From NCBI GenBank assembly GCA_020184695.1, contig JAANOX010000163.1, positions 1 through 9,661 of the forward strand: DNA of 9,661 nucleotides, in the 5' to 3' direction. Both the position numbers and the translations under genes were made by a program. Within the stretch, counting starts at the first letter, position 1. Each line of letters starts with the position of its first letter. This document shows positions 1 through 7,342 of this stretch, piece by piece. The notes below the pieces were generated by a model that was not told the DNA's origin, did no database searches, and saw nothing but the letters and a program-made list of their open reading frames with translations. The stretch is from Histomonas meleagridis 2922-C6/04-290x. Lineage: Eukaryota; Protista; Parabasalia.

Positions 1-9
1 CATATTCAA

Positions 10-243
10 TTACTGAATCATTAACGACAAAACATTCGTATAATTTATTAAACGCGGATCTACGTATGTTCCTCTTAAATAGTTTTCCTTTACAGAAAAT
101 CCTCGGTTTAATTGATAAAGAGGCTGTTTCTCTTGCTCGCCCTTTTTCGGGCTAGCATAATATTCTTTGCAAAATTCATCATAAAATTCTTGCCAAGAGT
201 GATTTTCAAAAATTGTATATATATTTTTTGATGATTCATTCAT
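10..243 (-). pseudogene. KilA-N (APSES-like) DNA-binding domain fragment; homologous core approx. 45-215
   Basis: SWQEFYDEFCKEY...LYQLNRGF....LRGTYVDPRLINY matches the C-terminal half of KilA-N (GTYVHP.L motif). The ORF's first and last codons derive from repeat modules found elsewhere (216-234 = 515-533; 18-44 = reverse complement of 3532-3558). Confidence 0.6.
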
Positions 244-318
244 CCGAAGTTATTTGATGATATGTGGATTTGAGCGCTAGATGTTTAAATCTTGATGATT
301 CATTCATCCGAAGTTATT
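228..318. repeat. Two identical 27-bp direct repeats (228-254, 292-318) separated by 37 bp
   Basis: TTGATGATTCATTCATCCGAAGTTATT read twice in the sequence. Confidence 0.9.
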
Positions 319-381
319 GATTGTGTCGAAAAGTTCTTATTCTTGATGTTACATTTGTGATTGTGTCGAAAAGTTCTTATT
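318..381 (+). repeat. Two 24-bp core-motif copies at 40-bp spacing
   Basis: TGATTGTGTCGAAAAGTTCTTATT at 318-341 and 358-381. Confidence 0.9.
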
Positions 382-540
382 AACTGAGGTTTTGATGTAA
401 AAAGTATCTTTTAATTTTTAAAAATATTTTTTTAACCCGAAAAAGCGTGAATATTGCAAGTTTACTGCAGTTACTGAAAGGTTAACTTTTTTTGTTTTTT
501 AACCTTGAATTTTTTATATATATTTTTTGATGAATGAAGT

Positions 541-1040
541 CTCATTAACGACTAAACGTGAATTTGAAACAAGTATTTTTCAGTAGAATGACAAGAAAAT
601 ACAAGGACGTTTATGATATTATTAATTCTATGTTTGATTTTTCATATTATTTTAATAATGACAAACTAACTAACTAACTAAAAAAGTTATTAGCTAAAGG
701 AAATTTCAAATTGACGATTGAGTTTCTCCGTTCAGATGATTTGACGTGAATATTGAGTGTTTACGTGAGCTGCTGATGATTCATTAACGACTAAACGTGA
801 ATTTAGAAACATGTATTTTTCAGTAGAATGACAAGAAAATACAAGGACGCGAATGATATATATTAATCCTATGTTTGTTTTTTCATAAAATAAATACTAC
901 CTGATAACTTGATATACCAGGTAGTTACCAGGTAATATAGCGATTAGCTAAAGGAAATTTCAAATTGACGATTGAGTTTCTCCGTTCAGATGATTTCACA
1001 CGAATATTAAGTGTTTACGTGAGCTGTTAATAATCATTAA
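541..1040 (+). repeat. Tandem pair of ~240-260-bp modules with conserved arms and a variable centre
   Basis: Arm 1 (CATTAACGACTAAACGTGAATTT...TTTCATA) and arm 2 (TTAGCTAAAGGAAATTTCAAATTGACG...TTTACGTGAGCTG) occur twice. The centres (~647-689 vs ~887-943) are unrelated. Inverted, diverged copies lie at ~2290-2535 and ~3100-3270. Confidence 0.9.
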
Positions 1041-1167
1041 CGTTAGAAATTGATTTAAAACAACAATTTTTGAGCATAAATGACTCATTTCCACATATCA
1101 TTCAATGACTCATTAACGTGAATGTTGATTTTACAAGTTTCTTGTTCTTCAATCTTCGGATAAAATA

Positions 1168-1406
1168 AATGATTGTGTCGAATGAATCTTATATTTTGTT
1201 CTTCGTTAATGATTGTGTCGAATGAATCTTATATTTTGTTCTTCGTTAATGATTGTATCAAATGAATCTTATATTTTGTTCTTCATTAATGATTGTGTCG
1301 AATGAATCTTATTTCTTGTAATTCATTAATGATTGTATCAAATGAATCTTATATTTTGTTATTCAATCTTCGGATAATAAATGATTGTGTCGAATGAATC
1401 TTATTT
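1168..1406 (+). repeat. Tandem array, 6 copies, 40-bp period (last spacing 52 bp)
   Basis: GATTGT(G/A)TC(G/A)AATGAATCTTAT at 1171, 1211, 1251, 1291, 1331 and 1383. Copies 3 and 5 share the GATTGTATCAAA variant. Confidence 0.95.
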
Positions 1407-1520
1407 CTTGATTCTCTGAAGATTTAAGTGTTTGATGTTGTCGTTGACGTTATAAACATTCATGCTTCTATTCACAATAAAACTAACTGTTCGGATGAAC
1501 AAGAAACAAAAATAAAAGCT

Positions 1521-1979
1521 TCAGCGCAAACCCACAAATTTAAAATATTCCGATAATCGCACAATGACCAAACCGTAATTAATATCACGCAAGAAAACAA
1601 TAGCGTTTCCCAAACGGTCATAATTCACACGCAAACGATGATAAAGGATACCATCAAAGAAATAAAAACCATGAACGCGAATATCAAAATAATAATTCTC
1701 AAACTTTGAATTTTTAAATTCTCTGACTTCAATCGCATCGAAAGGAAGATCAGCTAAAGTTTCAAGCTCATATTCTTCTTCGTCGTCGTCTTTTGAAATT
1801 TGCTTTTTGTCATAAAATTCCGGATTAGTTATTTTCTTTAAAATTTCTAATTTTTCGTTGAGTTTTAATGTTTTGATTTTTTGAATCAAATTTTCTGTTA
1901 TAATTTCTTCTTCTCGCTCAATTGAATCAACAACTTCATATTCTTCTTCTTCGTCTGAAATATGCTTTTTAAAGCTCAT
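1521..1979 (-). CDS. 152-aa protein: acidic N-terminal region plus the same C-terminal domain as the HNH protein, with no HNH domain
   Basis: Intact ORF with TATATAAAATG start context. The last 81 aa align without gaps to the last 81 aa of the frameshift-corrected HNH protein (28 identities by manual count, e.g. IEVRE, FE.YY.D, FYF..G, RDIN). Confidence 0.85.
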   Translation of the reverse strand: MSFKKHISDEEEEYEVVDSIEREEEIITENLIQKIKTLKLNEKLEILKKITNPEFYDKKQISKDDDEEEYELETLADLPFDAIEVREFKNSKFENYYFDIRVHGFYFFDGILYHRLRVNYDRLGNAIVFLRDINYGLVIVRLSEYFKFVGLR

Positions 1980-2810
1980 TTTATATATATAAAAAAAATG
2001 AAAAATAAATTAAAAATTAACTTATTTTTATATTAACATAATAGAAAATATTTTATAACAATCAATGACAACATCAAACACTTAAATCTTCAGAGAATCA
2101 AGAAATAAGATTCATTCGACACAATCATTTATTATCCGAAGAATGAATAACAAAATATAAGATTCATTTGATACAATCATTAATGAATAACAAGAAACTT
2201 GTAAAATCAATTTCTAACGTTAATGAATCATTGAATGATATGTGGAAATGAGTCATTCACACTGGAAAATTGTTGTTTTAAATTTACACTGCCGTTAATG
2301 ATTCGTCAGCAGCACACGTAAACACTTAATATTCACGTCAAATCGCTATGTTGAAAATTGATGGTTGTCAGAAACAGCAGTTTATGAAAAGTCTTTCTCG
2401 AAAATTTTTTGTTGGGTTAGGTAGGTTTAGGTTAGGTTGTTAAGTAGCATCGGAATAATATGAAAAAACAAACATAGATTAATAATATATCATAAACGTC
2501 CTTGTATTTTCTTGTTGTTTTACTCAAAAATACAACGAACGTAAACTTGTAAAATCAATTTCTAACGTTAATGAATCATTGAATGATATGTTGAAATGAG
2601 TCATTCACACTGAAAAATTGTTGTTTTAAATCGACTTTCTAACGTTAATGAATCATTAACAGCTCACGTAAACACTCAATATTCACGTCATATCATCCGA
2701 AAAACGCTAATTTACTCGGATTCGTAAGAGGTTCAGAAAAAGGGTTCACTTTTTTATTTTTTTAACCCTCAAAATTTTAAAGGTACTTTTCGAAGATCAA
2801 AACCTCAGTT

Positions 2811-2992
2811 AATAAGAACTTTCGACACATCATTAATTGAATAACAAGAAATAAGATTTATCGACACATCATTAATTGAAGAACAAGAAATAAATACTTT
2901 CGACACATCATTAATTGAAGAACAAGAAATAAGAACTTTCGACACATCATTAATTGAATAACAAGAAATAAGAACTTTCGACACATCATTAA
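2811..2992 (-). repeat. Tandem array, 5 copies, 39-bp period
   Basis: TCGACACATCATTAA starts at 2822, 2861, 2900, 2939 and 2978. The reverse complement is TTAATGATGTGTCGAAAGTTCTTAT. Confidence 0.95.
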
Positions 2993-3117
2993 GTTTCTCT
3001 TGATTGTTCTGAGGTTTGAGCCTGTTTCTAAGCATTTTTCAGTTCATATAAGGTACTGCAATTTTGCACATCGTCAGAAGCTGCAATTTCTGAAAAGCCT
3101 TTCTCGAATTTTTTTTG

Positions 3118-3142
3118 TTAGGTTAGTTAGTTAGTTAGTTAG
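3118..3142 (+). repeat. TTAGG(TTAG)5 microsatellite inside the ~240-bp module; counterparts (CTAA)4 at 666-681 and a TTAGG-like run at 2412-2436
   Basis: Read directly from the sequence. Confidence 0.85.
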
Positions 3143-3243
3143 TTGTTAAGTAGATTTGGAATAATATATAAAAGCAAACATAGAATTAATAACAACTCAT
3201 AAACGTCCTTGTATTTTCTTGTTATTTTACTTAAAAATTGTTG

Positions 3244-3755
3244 TTTCAAATTCACGTTTGCCGTTAAATGATTTTCATTATTGTTTTTGTAATTATTGAA
3301 CAACAAATTTTAAGTCATTCACACTTAAAAATACTTGTTTCAAATTCACGTTTTGCCGTTAATGAATCATCAGCAGCTCACGTAAACACTTAATATTCAC
3401 GTCAGATCATCCGAAAAACGCTAATTTACTCGGATTCGTAGAAGGTGATTTTTTCAGGTGGCATTTCACCTTTGAAAATTAAAAGGTACTTTTTACATCA
3501 AAATATAGGATTAATATATATATATCACGTTATTATACGAATGTTTTGTCGTTAATGAAATCAATAATGATTATGTTTATGTTTTTATAATTACTGACTT
3601 TGAATTTTTAAGTCATTCACACTTAAAAATACTTGTTTCAAATTCACGTTGTCGTTAAATGATTTTCATTATTGTTTTTGTAATTACTGAATATCAAATT
3701 TTAAGTCATTCACACTTAAAAATACTTGTTTCAAATTCACGTTTGTCGTTAATGA
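3244..3755 (+). repeat. Three copies of a ~92-bp module (approx. 3283-3365, 3581-3673, 3674-3755)
   Basis: TTTTAAGTCATTCACACTTAAAAATACTTGTTTCAAATTCACGTT recurs at ~3308, ~3607 and ~3699. Related shorter copies lie at ~2250, ~2599 and ~4590. Confidence 0.9.
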
Positions 3756-3980
3756 AAAAACACGAACAGATAAAGTATTTTTAAGCGTTTGATGCGACAT
3801 TCGACAAAGGAATTTATGATATATCATTATTTTGAAACAAGTTTACGTTCGTTCAATTTTTAAGCGGTTGATGTTTCATAAGGTACTGCATTTTTGCACG
3901 ACCTCAACAACTCCAGTAATTTAGCATTTTCCGAATGATTTTGAGATTTCAAAAATTAAGTTTAATTTTTAAAAAATTTA

Positions 3981-4006
3981 ATTTTTTTATTTATATAAAA
4001 ATAATG
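3981..4006 (+). promoter_or_regulatory. Shared start-proximal motif: T-tract then TA(T)AAA(A) at or just before ATG (also upstream of 1979, 4940, 6144, 7613 on the minus strand)
   Basis: TTTTTTTATTTATATAAAAATAATG (4004); TTTTTTTTATATATATAAAATG (1979); TTTTTACTGATTATAAAATG (4940); TTTTTATATAAATG (6144); TTTTTACGACTAATAAATG (7613). Confidence 0.5.
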
Positions 4007-4559
4007 AGCTGGATTGATTGTATTTGTGATTGTAATTATGAAATTTTCACAGAATTTCCTTTTCAGATTCGAAGAAAAAGTAATAAAAGAATTATTAAAG
4101 AATCAGTAATGAATACAGGATATGTTCAATGTTACTTAAATAACAAATTATATCTCAAACACAGAATTATTGCAGAACAATTCATACCGAATCATGAAAA
4201 TAAGCCATTTATTGATCATATAGATCATAATAAAACTAATAATAACATTAATAATCTCCGTTGGGTTTCTGCTTCAGAAAATTCAAAGAATAGAGCATCA
4301 TATAGGAAAGATTTTGAGTATTTTGATGAAATCAATGAAGATTCAATTGAAGTTAGAGAGTATAATAATTATCAATTTGAGGATTATTACTATGACGACG
4401 AAACAGACGCGTTTTACTTTTTGGAACGGTTTACAGTTCAGAAAATTAACAATCTGTTATAATAAGCGCAGTTATGCTTTCGTCAATGCACGCGACATAA
4501 ATAATAAACAAGTCAGGATTTATTATGCAAAATTTAAGAAAATTTATGGCTTCGTTTAA
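4004..4559 (+). pseudogene. NUMOD4-like/HNH endonuclease (HNH_3-type) with extra C-terminal domain; ~184 aa after removing one T at 4418-4422 (pseudogene or sequencing error)
   Basis: HRIIAEQFIPN...IDHIDHNKTNNNINNLRWVSASEN is a phage-type HNH motif. The likely start is ATG 4004 after TATATAAAAATA. ORF-track entries 3935-4462 and 4314-4559 join at TAC TTTTT GG to give FYFWNG, which aligns with FYFFDG in ORF 1521-1979. Confidence 0.85.
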
Positions 4560-4643
4560 TTTACAAGTTTTATTTTTTCAATTAATTTTGTCATTCACAC
4601 TAAAAAATTCTTGTTTTGACACGTTTCAAAATAATCCTTTTCG

Positions 4644-4940
4644 TTAATGTATTTCTTTGTCTTCTTCTTCATTCTCTCCGTCTTTGTTTTCATTAACGCC
4701 GTCATTAATCAAGCCATATAACCTATAAACTTTATTACCCTTTATCAAATAGTCGTTTTTAAATATTTGTGCTACAAAATTATTTGAGACAGCGACGCCA
4801 GAGTCATTTAAATAAAGCTCTTGAATTTTTGAACGGCTCATATTTTTTAAACTATCTTTCAATGTATCATACCAAACGATAAAATCTATCACTTGATTCT
4901 TTCGTATTTTATTTTTGCGGTCAACTGTTAACTTACTCAT
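4644..4940 (-). CDS. 98-aa hypothetical protein, putative HTH-like DNA-binding protein with acidic tail
   Basis: Intact ORF with TATAAAATG start. KIQELYLNDSGVAVSNNFVAQIF resembles the e.l....gv.vS...v pattern of transposase-type HTH domains. Similar to the hidden ORF 7343-7613. Confidence 0.65.
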   Translation of the reverse strand: MSKLTVDRKNKIRKNQVIDFIVWYDTLKDSLKNMSRSKIQELYLNDSGVAVSNNFVAQIFKNDYLIKGNKVYRLYGLINDGVNENKDGENEEEDKEIH

Positions 4941-5028
4941 TTTATAATCAGTAAAAATTTACATTAATGATTTAAAATTAACTTTAAAATCAAGGGTGTG
5001 CAAAATTGCACAGTGTCATAAAATTTAA

Positions 5029-5392
5029 AAAATTCATGGCGACAGGATCCTGTCATCTTATGTTTTAACAGTAATTTTATAATCGACGTATCATTAGTTA
5101 TTCATCAGTAAATGAAGAAGTATTTTTAAGAGGTAATTATTAGTTTCGACAAAGGATTAACGATTTCATTAGTGATTTGTTCAATGTTTTTCTTAATTAT
5201 ACTGTTAAATGTATCGGTCCCGGTCCCAAGTTACAAATTAAAATTCATGTCGGGGAGCGGTGTCGTCCGACACTTATATAAAAACATAAATGGTACCTGG
5301 GACTCGTTACTTTGTTACCAAAAGAATTTTAAAAAATTGATGGTGGTCAAATCGTACCGCCTTATGTTTTAACAGTAATTCTATAATCGACG
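5029..5392 (+). other. Locally GC-rich structured segment: three hairpins, each flanked by AAAATT(C/G)ATG and CTTAT, with a 32-bp direct repeat (5057-5088, 5361-5392) following the first and third
   Basis: Palindrome GACAGGATCCTGTC at 5041-5054; TGTCGG/CCGACA at 5248-5272; GGTGGT/ACCGCC at 5342-5361; direct repeat 31/32 identical. Confidence 0.6.
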
Positions 5393-5745
5393 AAATCATT
5401 ATTGATATAACACGAACGGAAGAAGTATTTTTTAAGCGTTTGATGCTAAAATCGACATAGGATTAACATATAAGTAAACAGAAGAAGTATTTTTATGCAT
5501 TTGATGCTAAAATCGACATAGGATTAACATATAAGTAAACATAAGAAGTATTTTTAAGTCGTTCGCGCTTAAATCCACTTGTTTTAAATCAACATAATCA
5601 TATTGATATAACATGAATGAAGAAGTATTTTTAAGTCGTTCGCACTTAAATCCACTTGTTTTAAATCAACATAATCATTATTGATATAACACGAACGGAA
5701 GAAGTATTTTTATACGTTTGATGCTAAAATCAACGTATTCATTAT
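5393..5745 (+). repeat. Mixed tandem array of ~62-bp (A) and ~78-bp (B) units, order A-A-B-B-A'
   Basis: Anchor (G)AAGAAGTATTTT at ~5419, 5481, 5543, 5619 and 5698 (also 5114). A units continue ...TTTGATGCTAAAATCGACATAGG; B units continue ...AAGTCGTTCGC.CTTAAATCCAC. Confidence 0.9.
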
Positions 5746-5766
5746 TGATTTTTAATTAGTGATTTC

Positions 5767-6144
5767 TCAATTAAAATAATAATAATAATATTTAATGACG
5801 ACTCCATCTTCATTCCTGAACGTCTCATAGTTTTTTGTAAAATAAACGACTTTGTTATTATTCTTTGTCAGCGTTCTATGCTTTGCGTTAGTAACGTAAA
5901 TATAAACGGGAATTCCAAACGTTATGCTTGAATCACCAAATTTTATGTTCTTTATTCTAATTCTATATACTATATTGTCAAACGTTTGTGATTCGTCAAA
6001 GTCGAAGTAAAACTCTATAAAATTTTGTTTGCCGTAAATTCTAAATATATTTTCTATAATAGTGTTTGCGTTAGTGAATTCTTCATCTTCAAAACAAAAT
6101 GATATATTATATCTTAAAAATTCTTCTGGAATTAATAACTCCAT
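5767..6144 (-). CDS. 125-aa hypothetical protein, no recognised domain
   Basis: Intact ORF in unique sequence between two arrays, with TTTTTATATAAATG start context like the other genes. Confidence 0.7.
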   Translation of the reverse strand: MELLIPEEFLRYNISFCFEDEEFTNANTIIENIFRIYGKQNFIEFYFDFDESQTFDNIVYRIRIKNIKFGDSSITFGIPVYIYVTNAKHRTLTKNNNKVVYFTKNYETFRNEDGVVIKYYYYYFN

Positions 6145-6203
6145 TTATATAAAAATAAAATTATAAAATGATAATTTAAAATTAATAAATTTGGCGTTGA
6201 TGT

Positions 6204-7297
6204 AAAGCTGATGATAAAGCTGATGATAAGAACATAAATGATGTGTCGAGAGTTCTTTAATTAATGCTTTTCGTTGAATGATAAGAACAAAAATGATGTG
6301 TCGAGAGTTCTTTAATTAATGCTTTCGTTGAATGATAAGAACAAAAATGATGTGTCGAGAGTTCTTTAATTAATGCTTTTCGTTGAATGATAAGAACAAA
6401 AATGATGTGTCGAGAGTTCTTTAATTAATGCTTTTCGTTGAATGATAAGAACAAAAATGATGTGTCGAGAGTTCTTTAATTAATGCTTTTCGTTGAATGA
6501 TAAGAACAAAAATGATGTGTCGAGAGTTCTTTAATTAATGCTTTCGTTGAATGATAAGAACAAAAATGATGTGTCAAGAGTTTTTTTATTAATGCTTTTC
6601 GTTGAATGATAAGAACAAAAATGATGTGTCGAGAGTTCTTTAATTAATGCTTTTCGTTGAATGATAAGAACAAAAATGATGTGTCGAGAGTTCTTTAATT
6701 AATGCTTTTCGTTGAATGATAAGAACAAAAATGATGTGTCGAGAGTTCTTTAATTAATGCTTTTTGGTTGATTGAAAAGAACATAAAATGATGTGTCGAG
6801 AGTTCTTTAATTAATGCTTTTCGTTGAATGATAAGAACAAAAATGATGTGTCGAGAGTTCTTTAATTAATGCTTTTCGTTGAATGATAAGAACAAAAATG
6901 ATGTGTCGAGAGTTCTTTAATTAATGCTTTTCGTTGAATGATAAGAACAAAAATGATGTGTCGAGAGTTCTTTAATTAATGCTTTTCGTTGAATGATAAG
7001 AACAAAAATGATGTGTCGAGAGTTCTTTAATTAATGCTTTTCGTTGAATGATAAGAACAAAAATGATGTGTCGAGAGTTCTTTAATTAATGCTTTCGTTG
7101 AATGATAAGAACAAAAATGATGTGTCGAGAGTTCTTTAATTAATGCTTTTCGTTGAATGATAAGAACAAAAATGATGTGTCGAGAGTTCTTTAATTAATG
7201 CTTTTCGTTGAATGATAAGAACAAAAATGATGTGTCGAGAGTTCTTTAATTAATGCTTTCGTTGAATGATAAAGCTGATGATGATAAAGCTGATGAT
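6204..7297 (+). repeat. Direct repeats bracketing the 55-bp array: (AAAGCTGATGAT)2 at 6204-6227 and 7271-7297 (with an extra GAT)
   Basis: Read directly at both array boundaries. Confidence 0.85.
6228..7270 (+). repeat. Tandem array of 19 near-identical ~55-bp units; candidate iteron-like/origin region
   Basis: Unit AAGAACAAAAATGATGTGTCGAGAGTTCTTTAATTAATGCTTTTCGTTGAATGAT. The GATGTGTC start was counted at 6240, 6295, 6349, 6404, 6459, 6514, 6568, 6623, 6678, 6733, 6790, 6845, 6900, 6955, 7010, 7065, 7119, 7174 and 7229. Each unit contains an internal AAGAAC...GTTCTT inverted repeat and a TTAATTAA palindrome. Confidence 0.97.
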
Positions 7298-7342
7298 AAC
7301 GTTAATGCAAGATGTGTTTTTGAGCGTTGACAAAAATAATAT

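Larger units (their letters stand above)
541..2690. repeat. Long imperfect inverted repeat (arms ~541-1454 and ~2054-2690, further matches 358-410 vs 2781-2830) enclosing a ~600-bp single-gene loop; foldback-like
   Basis: 1361-1440 is an almost exact reverse complement of ~2068-2147. 1053-1146 matches ~2189-2283 inverted, and 541-790 matches ~2290-2535 inverted. The arms differ in sub-repeat copy number (6 vs 2 copies of the 40-bp unit). Confidence 0.85.

Noticed and set aside
228-318. Mini-CRISPR (27-bp repeats, 37-bp spacer)
   Set aside because: Only two repeats. The spacer itself begins with module-like sequence (TGATGATATGTGGA, compare 2226-2238), and there is no cas context.
2805-3035. 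76-aa ORF from the track
   Set aside because: It is a translation of the 39-bp tandem array (SINDVSKVLISC repeats) with a non-ATG start, and is open only because the period is a multiple of 3.
3935-4003. N-terminal extension of the HNH ORF
   Set aside because: Low-complexity AT-rich upstream DNA. ATG 4004 follows the shared TATATAAAA motif.
5172-5372. 66-aa ORF
   Set aside because: GTG start, no recognisable motif, lacks the shared start context, and overlaps the hairpin and direct-repeat segment.
6228-7270. CRISPR array
   Set aside because: Units are identical end to end with no unique spacers, and no cas genes are present. It is a tandem repeat.
6228-7270. 10-unit higher-order repeat in the 55-bp array (AACATAAA variant before units 1 and 11; T3 variant in units 6 and 16)
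   Set aside because: Other variants (unit 7; T3 in units 2 and 19) do not follow the period, and T3/T4 differences may be homopolymer errors.
6208-7296. Hammerhead ribozyme or C/D-box motifs suggested by CTGATGA (also 774-780)
   Set aside because: No properly placed GAAA, stems or cleavage triplet could be assembled by eye. An Infernal search would be decisive.
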